Assembly (NCBI GenBank): GCA_017999365.1
Contig: JAGNLW010000002.1
Location: forward strand, 241,348-305,347
Source of the DNA: Candidatus Aminicenantes bacterium
Lineage (GTDB): Bacteria > Acidobacteriota > Aminicenantia > Aminicenantales > Saccharicenantaceae
Length of the DNA stretch: 64,000 nucleotides
Direction of reading: 5' to 3'
Shown in pieces: positions 25,400-34,489 of this stretch. Positions within the stretch are counted from its first letter, which is position 1. Every line of letters begins with the position of its first letter. The translations under genes were made by a program, and so were the position numbers. Under the pieces are notes generated by a model. It worked only from the letters and a program-made list of their open reading frames with translations. It searched no databases and had not been told where the DNA came from.

Positions 25400-27780
25400 G
25401 GGTCAGCCCCTATCCCTTCGTCCATCTGACCTCGGCCTTCGTCCTGGGCATCGTGCTGGGGCGTGTTCTCCCGTCGGCGGCCGGCCCGCCGTGGGCCCCG
25501 CCCCTGGCCTTCGCCGCCGCCGCCTGGCTCTTCTTCGCCCGACGGTCCGACCGGGCCGCGGCCGTCTGCCTGCTGGCCGCCGTCACCGCCGCCGGCGCGG
25601 CCCGCCTGGCCGCCCACGACCGCGATTATCGGGCCAACGCCCTGCGCAGCCTGAGGGCCGAAGGCTACGTCGACGTCGCCGGGCGCCTGGCCCGCTCGCC
25701 CGGCCGGGAGCGCGACCGGGACGTCCTGTTCATCGACGTCCGGAGCGTCGCTGCGGCGGGCCGGGAACGCCCCGTCCGGGGCCGTCTCCGCCTGAGCGTG
25801 CCCTTCGCCCGGGACGGCCGCGGCCGCCTCGACTTCCTGGCCGGCGACACCGTCCGGGCCTCGGTCCGCCTCGGCACGGGCGGCTCCTTCCGCAACTTCG
25901 GCGGGTTCTCTTACGAGCGCTATCTCCAGGGCCTCGGCGTCCACCGCCGGGCCTCGACGAAATCCCCGCTCCTCGTAGCGCGCGTCCGGCCGGCGCCGCC
26001 CGGTTCGCCCCGGACCTGGATCGCCCGCGCCCGCCGCGGCGTCCAACGCCTCCTCGAGCGCCGCTTCCCGGCCCCCGACGGCCGGGACATCTCGCCCGAC
26101 GGGGCGGTTCTCGAAGCGCTCCTCCTCGGCGAGGACGGCCGGATGGACGAGGCCACGGTCGAGAACCTCCAGGCGACCGGGCTCTACCACCTCTTCGCCA
26201 TCTCCGGCGGCCACATCGCCATCCTGAACGTCCTGCTGTTCTCGCTCTTCCGCCTCGTCCGCCTGTCCCGGCGGGCCTCGGGCCTGGCCCTGGCCGCCTT
26301 CCTCGTCTTCTACACGGTCCTCGTCGAGGGCAGCCCGTCCGTCCTCCGGGCCACGCTCATGACCCTGGCCTACCTCGCCGGCAGACACCTGTGGAAGGAC
26401 GTCCACGTCCTCAACACCATCGCCGCCAGCGCCTTCGTCCTGCTTCTCGCCAATCCCTCGAGCCTGTTCGACATCGGCTTCCGTCTGACCTACGCCGCGA
26501 CCCTGACCATCATCCTGTTCACGCCGCCGCTTCTCCGCCGGCTGCCGCGGCTCCCCCTCAAGACGACCGAGCTCGCCCTCCTGTCGCTCACCGCGGGGCT
26601 CGGCGCCGCGCCCATCATCGCCGCGAGTTTCAACCGGGTCTCGCTGTCCTCGCTCGTCCTCAATCTGGCCGCCATCCCGCTCACCGGCGTCGTCATGGCC
26701 CTGGGCTATGTCTTCCTGCCGTTCGCGGCGGCCTTCCCCTCGGCCGCAGGACCTCCGGCGGCCCTCCTGGCCTTCCTCGTCAGGCTCTTCGGGCGCGTCT
26801 CCCACGCCCTCGACGGGCTGCCGTTCCTGTCCTTCCGGGTCGCGACGCCGCGGCCCTGGGTCCTGGCCGGTTACACCCTGGCCTTGGGATTGGTCCTCGT
26901 CCGGCCCCGCTTCCGCGGACAGCGCGCCCTGGCCGCCGGCGCCGCCGCCGTCTTCGCCCTCCTCCTCGTCTTCCCGCCGCCGCGGCCCGCCTCGCCCGAC
27001 CTCCGGGTCACACTGATCGACGTCGGCCAGGGGGAGTCCATCCTGGTCGAGCTGCCGGGCCGGCGGGTCCTTCTCGTGGACGGCGGCGGCCTGGCCGGCA
27101 GCCCGTTCGACGTCGGCGAGAGGGTCGTCTCCCCTTTCCTGTGGCGCAAGGGCATCCGGGCGGTCGACCGCATGGTCCTGACCCACCCCCACCCCGACCA
27201 TCTCGCCGGCCTGCTCGCCGTCGCCGGGAACTTTTGCGTCGGCGAGCTCTGGGAAGGCCGGCCGGCCCCGGGAGACCCCCTCTACGAAGAACTCGGGCGG
27301 CGGCTGCCTCGAAAGATGATCCGGCGCCGCCTGGCCGCCGGCGACTGCATCGCCATGGACGGCGTCACGATCGATGTCCTCCACCCTCCGCCCGCCGGAA
27401 AGCCCCTCCCCGCCCCTCCCGGCAACGAGGACTCCCTCGTTCTCCGTCTCACCTACGGCCGGGTGTCCATCCTCCTCGCGGGCGACAGCGGCGCCGCCAC
27501 CGAGCGGCTCATCGCCGGTCAGGACGTCCCGCTCCGTTGCGAAGTGCTCAAGGCCGGCCATCACGGCAGCGCCGGTTCGACCGGCCCGCCCTTCCTCGAG
27601 GCCGTCCGGCCCCGGTTCGTTCTCGTCTCAGTGGGCGACGGCAACTCTTACGGCTTCCCCAGCCCCGAGGTCCTGGCCCGCTGCCGGAAGGCCGGGGCCG
27701 GGGTCTTGCGGACCGACCTCGACGGGGCCGTCGAGGTCCGGACGGACGGGCGGCGGGTCCGGGTCCGGACTTCCGTTTGA
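25396..27780 (+). CDS. comEC: DNA internalization-related competence protein ComEC/Rec2
   Basis: This is the tail of track ORF 25165..27780. It has a multi-TM competence domain and a C-terminal metallo-beta-lactamase motif (HPHPDHLAG). The start codon is uncertain: the CTG at 25396 or a downstream GTG near 25452. Confidence 0.83.
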   Translation: MRVSPYPFVHLTSAFVLGIVLGRVLPSAAGPPWAPPLAFAAAAWLFFARRSDRAAAVCLLAAVTAAGAARLAAHDRDYRANALRSLRAEGYVDVAGRLARSPGRERDRDVLFIDVRSVAAAGRERPVRGRLRLSVPFARDGRGRLDFLAGDTVRASVRLGTGGSFRNFGGFSYERYLQGLGVHRRASTKSPLLVARVRPAPPGSPRTWIARARRGVQRLLERRFPAPDGRDISPDGAVLEALLLGEDGRMDEATVENLQATGLYHLFAISGGHIAILNVLLFSLFRLVRLSRRASGLALAAFLVFYTVLVEGSPSVLRATLMTLAYLAGRHLWKDVHVLNTIAASAFVLLLANPSSLFDIGFRLTYAATLTIILFTPPLLRRLPRLPLKTTELALLSLTAGLGAAPIIAASFNRVSLSSLVLNLAAIPLTGVVMALGYVFLPFAAAFPSAAGPPAALLAFLVRLFGRVSHALDGLPFLSFRVATPRPWVLAGYTLALGLVLVRPRFRGQRALAAGAAAVFALLLVFPPPRPASPDLRVTLIDVGQGESILVELPGRRVLLVDGGGLAGSPFDVGERVVSPFLWRKGIRAVDRMVLTHPHPDHLAGLLAVAGNFCVGELWEGRPAPGDPLYEELGRRLPRKMIRRRLAAGDCIAMDGVTIDVLHPPPAGKPLPAPPGNEDSLVLRLTYGRVSILLAGDSGAATERLIAGQDVPLRCEVLKAGHHGSAGSTGPPFLEAVRPRFVLVSVGDGNSYGFPSPEVLARCRKAGAGVLRTDLDGAVEVRTDGRRVRVRTSV

Positions 27781-27833
27781 CACGCGCGACTAAAAGCATG
27801 ATAATCGTCGCGGTCCACAGGAGTCTCAGCGAC

Positions 27834-28502
27834 ATGGGAAAGACGAAACTGACGGTCACTCTTTGCCTTACGCTCCTCCTGGCCGGCTTCCTCCAGGCCC
27901 AGAGCCTGGCCGACCTGGCCAAGAAGGAGAAGGATCGGCGGGCCGCCCTGAAGGGCCGGGCCACGATCATCACCTCGGCCGATATCGCCAAGGTCAAGAA
28001 GAGGCCGGCCGTCGAGACGGCCGCCGTCGAGCAGACGGCGGGCGAGGATCAGGCCGCCCAGGCCGGCGAGGCCGGCGCCGCGGTCCCGCCGGAAGGCGCC
28101 GCGACGGTCCAAGCCGGCGCGGAAGCCGCGGCGGCCGTGACGGGCGCCGAGGAAGCCGTCGCCGAACCGCCCGCCGCGGACAAGCCCGCCGAGGCCGCCC
28201 CGCCCGAAGCGGCGCCGGCCATGACCGACAAGGACGTCCAGGCCCGGGCCCTCGAGCTGACCAAAGCCGTCGAGGACAAGCAGGAACGGGTCGACCTCCT
28301 GACCCTCAAGATGAACTCCCTCTACCAGGAGTTCTACAGCCTCGACAACCTCAAGTCCCGCGAGATGCTGCAGGCCCAGATCAGCGACACCTACGACAAG
28401 CTCCTCCAGGCCGAGAGCGACGCCCGCAAGGCCGAAAAGGAGCTCGAGGACTTCCTGGCCCAGGTCAAGAAGGGCCAGGCGCCGGCGATCTGGATCAAGT
28501 AG
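27834..28502 (+). CDS. Secreted coiled-coil protein (paralogue A)
   Basis: This is the tail of track ORF 25491..28502, starting at the ATG at 27834. After a signal peptide comes AQSLADLAKKEKDRRAALKGRATIITSADIAKVKKRPAVE, then an Ala/Pro/Glu linker and a C-terminal coiled coil. Confidence 0.6.
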   Translation: MGKTKLTVTLCLTLLLAGFLQAQSLADLAKKEKDRRAALKGRATIITSADIAKVKKRPAVETAAVEQTAGEDQAAQAGEAGAAVPPEGAATVQAGAEAAAAVTGAEEAVAEPPAADKPAEAAPPEAAPAMTDKDVQARALELTKAVEDKQERVDLLTLKMNSLYQEFYSLDNLKSREMLQAQISDTYDKLLQAESDARKAEKELEDFLAQVKKGQAPAIWIK

Positions 28503-29290
28503 TGGATCCCGTCCGCTCCGGCAAGCGCACGCCGACGCAGCTGCGGCCGGTCAAGATCTCCATCGACACCCTCGATTTCGCCGACGGCTCGGCCCTCATC
28601 GAGTGGGGCCGGACCCGCGTCCTGGCCGCGGCCACCATCGACGAGCGGGTGCCGCAGTTCCTGAAGGGCACCGGGCGCGGCTGGGTCACGGCCGAGTACG
28701 CCATGCTGCCCCGGGCCACCGTCGAGCGGACGCCGCGCGAACGGACGGCCGGGCGCGTCTCGGGCCGGACCCAGGAGATCCAGCGCCTCGTCGGCCGGGC
28801 CCTGCGGGCCGTCACCGACCTCAAGGCCCTCGGCGAGCGGCAGATCATCATCGACTGCGACGTCCTCCAGGCCGACGGCGGCACGCGCTCGGCTTCGGTC
28901 ACGGCCGGCTGCGTCGCCCTCGGGCTGGCCCTCAAGAAGATGATCGACGAGGGCAAGATCGACCACATGCCCCTGCGCCACCTCGTCGCCGGGGTCAGCG
29001 TCGGCATCGTCCGGGGCCGGGCCCTGGTCGACCTCGACTACGCCGAGGACTCCCAGGCCGACCTGGACATGAACATCATCGAGACCGACCGCGGCGAGCT
29101 CGTCGAGGTCCAGGCCGGGGCGGAGAAGAATCCCTTCTCCCGCAAGGAGCTGCTCGGGCTGCTCCGGATGGCCGACCGCGGCATCGCCCGGGTCATCAAG
29201 CTCCAAAAAGAGACCCTCAAGAAGAAGAGCATCCTGTTCATGGCCTACGGGTATAAAGACAAGCCCGTCCCCGAGAAGGGGACGGGCTGA
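28502..29290 (+). CDS. rph: Ribonuclease PH
   Basis: This is the tail of track ORF 27863..29290, starting at the GTG at 28502. Motifs GSALIEWGRTRVL, TAEYAMLPRAT and LQADGGTRSAS are present. Confidence 0.9.
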   Translation: MDPVRSGKRTPTQLRPVKISIDTLDFADGSALIEWGRTRVLAAATIDERVPQFLKGTGRGWVTAEYAMLPRATVERTPRERTAGRVSGRTQEIQRLVGRALRAVTDLKALGERQIIIDCDVLQADGGTRSASVTAGCVALGLALKKMIDEGKIDHMPLRHLVAGVSVGIVRGRALVDLDYAEDSQADLDMNIIETDRGELVEVQAGAEKNPFSRKELLGLLRMADRGIARVIKLQKETLKKKSILFMAYGYKDKPVPEKGTG

Positions 29291-29351
29291 CACAAATCGG
29301 GGACATGACGCATTTCTCCTGAAATGGGATCGTGTCCCCTTGATTTGTGTC
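29289..29351. other. Long interrupted hairpin overlapping the rph stop
   Basis: GACACAAATCGGGGACA (29289-29305) pairs with TGTCCCC-TT-GATTTGTGTC (29333-29351). No T-tract follows. Confidence 0.45.
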
Positions 29352-29507
29352 GAGGCGGGGACTTCCGAACGGCTTGACATCCCTCCCGGATAATCAATAG
29401 AATCAATCCTCAGTAAACCACTAAGAGAGGCCCCCATTCCGGCGGGTGAGGTCTTTTTTTCGATTTTTTGCCCGGCCGCGGGGAGCCAGCCCGAGTAGGA
29501 GGTCGCC

Positions 29508-30917
29508 ATGAACCTGACATCCGGACTCATCGTCGTCGGCGCCGTCGTCGTCCTCGCCGCCCTGGTCATCCTGGTCCTGGCCCTGCGCTACCGCAAGGTC
29601 GGGCCCAACGAGGCCCTCATCATCGCCGGGGGCCGCAAACACACCGTCACCCTGGCCGACGGGACCAAACAGAAGGTCGGCTACCGCTACCGCCTCGGCG
29701 GCGGCGTGTTCGTCTGGCCCGGCATGGAGAAGGTCTACGTCCTCCCCATGGACATCATCCCCGTCTCGATCCGCACGCCCGAGGTCCTGACGAGCGGCGG
29801 CGTCCCGATCATGGCCGAGGCCTCGGCCCAAGTCAAGATCGACTCGTCCGACGAGACCATCCACCGGGCCGCCGAGCAGTTCCTGGGCATCGGCCGCGAC
29901 GGCATCCGCGACGTCGTCGTCAACGTCCTCGAGGGCAAGGTCCGCGAGGTCATCGGCGGCATGTCCGTCGAGGAGATCTACCGCGGCCGGCAGGAGTTCT
30001 CCAAGCGCGTCGTCGCCGCCGTCCGCGAGGACTTCCGGGCCATGGGCCTGGTCATGCTGTCGTTCGCCCTTAAGGACATCAGCGACACCCAGGGCTACAT
30101 CGACGCCCTGAGCAAGCCCCAGATCGCCGCGGCCAAGCGCGACGCGGCCATCGCCCAGGCCGAGACCGAGAAGGAATCCATCATCAAGGCCTCCGCGGCC
30201 CGCAAAGAGGCCGAGGTGGCCCGCCTGCAGTCCGAGGCCCAGATCGCCAAGGCCCAGTGGGAGAACGAGGCCAAGAAGGCCGAGAGCCAGGTCTTCGTCA
30301 ACACCAAGAAGGCCCAGGCCGACTTCTCCTACGAGCTCGAGCGCAACCGCATCAGCCAGGAGCTGAAGAAGGAGGAGGCCAAGGTCAAGCAGGTCGAGAA
30401 GGAAGAGGCCATCAAGATCGAGGGGCTCGAGATCGCCCGCAAGGAGAAGGAGCTCGAGGCCACGGTCATCAAGCCGGCCGACGCCCGCAAGTACCAGATC
30501 AAGGCCGAGGCCGAGGCCGAGGAGTTCCGCATCGCCGCCGAGGCCAAGGGCAAGTCCGAGGCCCTCAAGCTCGAGGGCCTGGCCGAAGCCGACGAGATCC
30601 GGGCCAAGGGCGCGGCCGAGGCCGAGGCCATGATGAAGAAGGCCCAGGCCTGGGAGAAGTACACCCAGGCGGCCGTCCTCGACACCTACATCAAGGCCCT
30701 GCCCGAGCTGGCCCGGGCCGTCTCCGAGCCCCTGTCCAAGGTCGACAAGATCGTCATCGTCGGCGGCGACAAGGAGCTCGGCACGGCCAAGATCACCGGG
30801 CAGGTGGCCCAGGTCCTGGCCCAGATGCCCGAGGTGGTCAAATCCCTGACGGGCGCCGACATCAGGGAGTTCCTCAAAACCAAGCTCTCCCCCGAGGCCA
30901 AAGACGCGAGGAAATGA
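29508..30917 (+). CDS. Flotillin-like SPFH/band-7 protein
   Basis: Has an N-terminal TM helix, an SPFH domain and a long Ala/Glu/Lys coiled-coil region. A GGAGG Shine-Dalgarno precedes the start. Confidence 0.88.
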   Translation: MNLTSGLIVVGAVVVLAALVILVLALRYRKVGPNEALIIAGGRKHTVTLADGTKQKVGYRYRLGGGVFVWPGMEKVYVLPMDIIPVSIRTPEVLTSGGVPIMAEASAQVKIDSSDETIHRAAEQFLGIGRDGIRDVVVNVLEGKVREVIGGMSVEEIYRGRQEFSKRVVAAVREDFRAMGLVMLSFALKDISDTQGYIDALSKPQIAAAKRDAAIAQAETEKESIIKASAARKEAEVARLQSEAQIAKAQWENEAKKAESQVFVNTKKAQADFSYELERNRISQELKKEEAKVKQVEKEEAIKIEGLEIARKEKELEATVIKPADARKYQIKAEAEAEEFRIAAEAKGKSEALKLEGLAEADEIRAKGAAEAEAMMKKAQAWEKYTQAAVLDTYIKALPELARAVSEPLSKVDKIVIVGGDKELGTAKITGQVAQVLAQMPEVVKSLTGADIREFLKTKLSPEAKDARK

Positions 30918-30948
30918 CGGCCCGGCGGGGCGTCGTGCGAGGTGAACC

Positions 30949-33297
30949 ATGATCTCCGAAAAAGTCCAGCGCATCGGCGCCTCCCCCACGCTGAAGATCT
31001 CGGCCAAGGCCAAGGCCATGAAGGCCGAGGGCATCGACGTCGTCGACCTCAGCGTCGGCGAGCCGGATTTCCCGACCCCGGAGAACATCAAAGAGGCCGG
31101 GATCCAGGCCATCCGCGACAACTTCACGAAATACACGGCGAGCGACGGCATCCTGCCCCTGCGCAAGGCCATCGCCAAGCGCCTCAAAGAGGACTACGGC
31201 GTCGCTTACGATCCCAAGCAGATCATCGTCTCGGCCGGGGCCAAGGCCTCCCTCTTCCACCTCGTCCAGGCCCTGGTCGACGAGGGCGAGGAGGTCATCG
31301 TCCCGGCCCCCTACTGGGTGACCTATCCCGAGTGCGTGGCCCTGGCCAAGGGCCGGCCGGTCGTCGTCCGGACCCGCGAGGAGGACGGCTTCCGGCTGAC
31401 GCCCGAGGCCCTCAAGGCCGCCATCTCGCCGGCCACCAAGGCCCTCATCCTCAACAATCCCTCGAACCCGACCGGCGGGGCCTACACCAGGGACCAGCTC
31501 CTGGCCCTGGCCGAGGTCGTCAAGGGCGAGGACCTCTATGTCGTCGCCGACGAGATCTACGCCAGCCTGGTCTACGACAACTTCAAGTTCACGAGCTTCG
31601 CCGCGCTGGGCGAGGACGTCAAGAAGAAGACGGTCATCGTCAACGGCGTGTCCAAGTCCTACTCCATGACCGGCTGGCGGATCGGCTTCGCGGCCGGGCC
31701 GGCCGAGGTCATCGACGGCATGTCGAAGATCCAGAGCCACACGACCTCCAACGCCTGCTCCATCGCCCAGAAGGCCTCGCTCGAGGCCTACGACGGGCCC
31801 CAGTACGAGGTCGCCCGAATGATCGCCGAGTTCCAGCGCCGCCGCAACTACTGCCTGATGCGGCTGGCCGCCGTGCCGGGGCTGTCGTGCTTCAAGCCCC
31901 AGGGCGCCTTCTACCTCTTCCCCAACGTCAAGGCCTTCTACGACAAGGAGGCCAACGGGGCCAAGATCCGCAACTCCTACGGCCTGGCCTACTACCTGCT
32001 CAAAGAGGCCCGGGTGGCCATCGTGCCCGGCGACGCCTTCGGCGCCGACGACTACATCCGCCTGTCCTACGCCACCTCGATGGCCAACCTCGAGAAGAGC
32101 ATGGACCGCATCGTCGAGGCCCTGGGCAAGCTCAAGACGGCCAAAAAGGTCCAGCGGGTGGCCCTGCAGAACGCCGTCACCCGGGTCAAGAAGGCCGTCC
32201 CGGTCGAGGCCGTGGCCGAGGCCCGGATGCGCGACGCCCTGGTCGCCGAGATGGAGAGCCACCTCGGGGTCGAGGGCCGCTACGAGTGGAACGCCCGGGT
32301 CGGCGGGGCCGTCCTCCAGCTGCGGACCAACGCCGTCCACCTCAACGACTTCTGGATCGAGAACTTCCCGCCCGCCCCCGGCGAGGCCGGCGTCAAGCCG
32401 CACGGCGTCCTTTACGCCGTCGACGGCGTGGCCGGCCGCGAGCCGCGAGCCTTCACCCACGAGGCGACCCGGACGGGGGTCCTGGTCAACAGCGACCACT
32501 ACGGCACGCTCCGCGGGCTGGCTATCGGCCTGGCCACGGACATCGCCGCCCGGGCCGACGGGGCCGGGGCAGCCGGGGCCGTGCGCGGCATGTCGGTCGA
32601 CGCCGACGGCCGCGGCCTGGTCCTGGTCGGGCCGCCGGGGACGAGGAAGACCGAGCTGTTCTTCGAGCTGCTGGCCGACCCCCGCGTCAAGCTCCACTCG
32701 AACGACGTCGTCTTCGTCGAGGTCGCCGGCGGCCGGGCCGCGGCCGACAGCGTCGAGCGCAAGCTCTACATGCCGACGGCGGCGGTCGAGCTCGACCGGC
32801 GGCTGGCCCCTCTCTTCGACCGCAGCAAGTGCGAGAACGTCGTCGTCCGCAAGGAGGACTGCCAGGACCTCGCGTGCCAGAGGGGCGACGACTGCCGGCT
32901 CGACCGGGGCTCGGCCTACTGCTACAAAGCGGCCAAGGAGGCCCACGCCCTCCTCGACCCGGCCTGGCTCGGCCCGGCCGCCTCGGTCCGCCGGACGGAC
33001 CTGCGCTGGCTCGTCCTGCTGCGCAACGACGCCACCTCGCCGGCCGTGGTCGAGCTCTCCCGGGACGAGGCCCTGCGGGCCCTCGAGGCCGGGGAGGCCG
33101 CCGGGGCCAAGAAGGCCCTGACCGCCGGCAAGGCCCAGCCCTTCTGGAACCCCCACCTCCTCGGGACGGGCCCCGAGAAGATCGAGGCCCAGAAGGCCTT
33201 TTTCGAACGGCTCCTGGGCCCCGTCCGGTGCGTCCTCTTCAACAGCGGCGCGGCCGGGGCGGACAAGCTCAAGGAGCTCCTGTTCTCCGGCCGTTGA
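30949..33297 (+). CDS. Fusion protein: class-I aspartate aminotransferase + ~380-aa HprK/PEPCK-like P-loop domain
   Basis: The N-terminal ~400 aa is AspC-like (NNPSNPTG; PLP lysine in SKSYSMTGWRIG). The C-terminal part contains GLVLVGPPGTRKTELFFELLADPRVKLHSNDVVFV and a Cys cluster (CENVVVRKEDCQDLACQRGDDCRLDRGSAYC). Confidence 0.85.
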   Translation: MISEKVQRIGASPTLKISAKAKAMKAEGIDVVDLSVGEPDFPTPENIKEAGIQAIRDNFTKYTASDGILPLRKAIAKRLKEDYGVAYDPKQIIVSAGAKASLFHLVQALVDEGEEVIVPAPYWVTYPECVALAKGRPVVVRTREEDGFRLTPEALKAAISPATKALILNNPSNPTGGAYTRDQLLALAEVVKGEDLYVVADEIYASLVYDNFKFTSFAALGEDVKKKTVIVNGVSKSYSMTGWRIGFAAGPAEVIDGMSKIQSHTTSNACSIAQKASLEAYDGPQYEVARMIAEFQRRRNYCLMRLAAVPGLSCFKPQGAFYLFPNVKAFYDKEANGAKIRNSYGLAYYLLKEARVAIVPGDAFGADDYIRLSYATSMANLEKSMDRIVEALGKLKTAKKVQRVALQNAVTRVKKAVPVEAVAEARMRDALVAEMESHLGVEGRYEWNARVGGAVLQLRTNAVHLNDFWIENFPPAPGEAGVKPHGVLYAVDGVAGREPRAFTHEATRTGVLVNSDHYGTLRGLAIGLATDIAARADGAGAAGAVRGMSVDADGRGLVLVGPPGTRKTELFFELLADPRVKLHSNDVVFVEVAGGRAAADSVERKLYMPTAAVELDRRLAPLFDRSKCENVVVRKEDCQDLACQRGDDCRLDRGSAYCYKAAKEAHALLDPAWLGPAASVRRTDLRWLVLLRNDATSPAVVELSRDEALRALEAGEAAGAKKALTAGKAQPFWNPHLLGTGPEKIEAQKAFFERLLGPVRCVLFNSGAAGADKLKELLFSGR

Positions 33298-33435
33298 GGC
33301 CCGCCGGGCGGCTAGCCGGCCGCGATGAGGCCGGCCCCCCGAAAAATCACCCCGGTTTTCACCGAACGCGATGATTGCCCGGGGCGGCGGCCGGCCCCAT
33401 AATCAACATCGGCGGACCAGCCCCGGGGGGCTGTA

Positions 33436-33463
33436 TTGAAGAGGTGCCGCGTTTGCTATATAA
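33436..33463 (+). promoter_or_regulatory. Candidate promoter of the minor-pilin operon (sigma-54-like GG-N10-GC, or sigma-70 TTGAAG-N17-TATAAA)
   Basis: aGGtgccgcgtttGCt at 33442-33457 has GG/GC spacing compatible with a -24/-12 promoter. The same DNA can be read as TTGAAG (33436-41) followed by TATAAA. The type is ambiguous. Confidence 0.3.
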
Positions 33464-33497
33464 AAGAAGGAAAACGGGATACACAGAGGGAGATACC

Positions 33498-34034
33498 ATG
33501 ACCACCCTGTCCTTCCGGCACCGGGCGCCGCGGGGCTTCACCCTGATCGAGGCCCTCGTCGTCCTCGGCATCATCGGCATCTTCGTGGCCGTGTCGTACC
33601 CGAGCATCCTCAACGTCATGGCCGTGAGGAAGCTCGACAACGCCACCCGCCAGGTCCAGACCTATTTCCAGCTGACCAAGCTCCGGGCCGTCGACACCAA
33701 GGTCGTCCACAGGGTCCGGTTCTCCCAGGAGGCCGGAGGCTATTGGGCCTACGAGATGGAAGCGCTCCAGGCGGACGGGACCTGGGCCCGGGTCGGCGGC
33801 GCCCCCCGCAAGTCGATCCCGGCGGACTTCAACGTCACCATCACCTTCCCCTTGGACGGGGCCGACCGCCAGGCCGTCTTCTCGCCCCTGGGGACCTTCC
33901 CGGAGTTCGCCATCGGCCAGAACTCCCTGACCATCCAAAGCCCCAAGCTCGCCCGCCCCGGACAAATGGACGAGCGGGTCCTGAGCATCTTCATGGGCGG
34001 GGCCATCCAATACGTCAAGAGAGCGAGCGCGTGA
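33498..34034 (+). CDS. Minor pilin, GspH/FimT-like (prepilin-type N-terminal methylation motif)
   Basis: This is the tail of track ORF 33375..34034, starting at the ATG at 33498. Contains RGFTLIEALVVLGIIGIFVAV. Confidence 0.75.
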   Translation: MTTLSFRHRAPRGFTLIEALVVLGIIGIFVAVSYPSILNVMAVRKLDNATRQVQTYFQLTKLRAVDTKVVHRVRFSQEAGGYWAYEMEALQADGTWARVGGAPRKSIPADFNVTITFPLDGADRQAVFSPLGTFPEFAIGQNSLTIQSPKLARPGQMDERVLSIFMGGAIQYVKRASA

Positions 34035-34035
34035 C

Positions 34036-34476
34036 ATGATCAAAAGAAAAGCACCGCGCGGTTTCAGTCTCATCGAGGTCCTGGTCGCCGTCTTCCTGGT
34101 CGGCGTGGCCGTTCTGGGCCTGGCCCAGCTCTTCCTGGTCGCCGTGGCCAACAACCTCAAGGCCGACCGGGTGGCCAACGCGACCTTCCTGGCCCAGCAG
34201 CAGATCGACTGGCTGCGCGGCTTCACCCGGGAAGAGCTGGACGTCCTGAGCACGACCGCCTCCGGCATCCGGGACGAGATCATGGACATCAACGGGGACG
34301 GCACCAACGATTTCCGCCGCATCACCGTCGTCCCGGTGCCCATCGACAACGTCTTCCAGGTCATGGTCCACGTCTACTCGGCCGAGAAGATCTCCGGCCT
34401 GACGGCCTCGGAGCTCCTGGCGGACCCGGTCCATCACCGGCCCCGCGCGGAGTTCTCGACCCTGATCAGCCGGTGA
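34036..34476 (+). CDS. Minor pilin, PilV-like
   Basis: Contains RGFSLIEVLVAVFLVGVAVLGL; 146 aa. Confidence 0.7.
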   Translation: MIKRKAPRGFSLIEVLVAVFLVGVAVLGLAQLFLVAVANNLKADRVANATFLAQQQIDWLRGFTREELDVLSTTASGIRDEIMDINGDGTNDFRRITVVPVPIDNVFQVMVHVYSAEKISGLTASELLADPVHHRPRAEFSTLISR

Positions 34477-34489
34477 GGGAGCGGCAGCC

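Noticed and set aside
29400-29507. A T-tract (29451-29468) in the flotillin 5' region could mark a transcription attenuator or riboswitch terminator.
   Set aside because: I could not find a convincing GC-rich stem immediately upstream of the T-run. It is more likely just AT-rich leader DNA downstream of a TTGACA-N18-TAGAAT promoter-like sequence (about 29376-29405).
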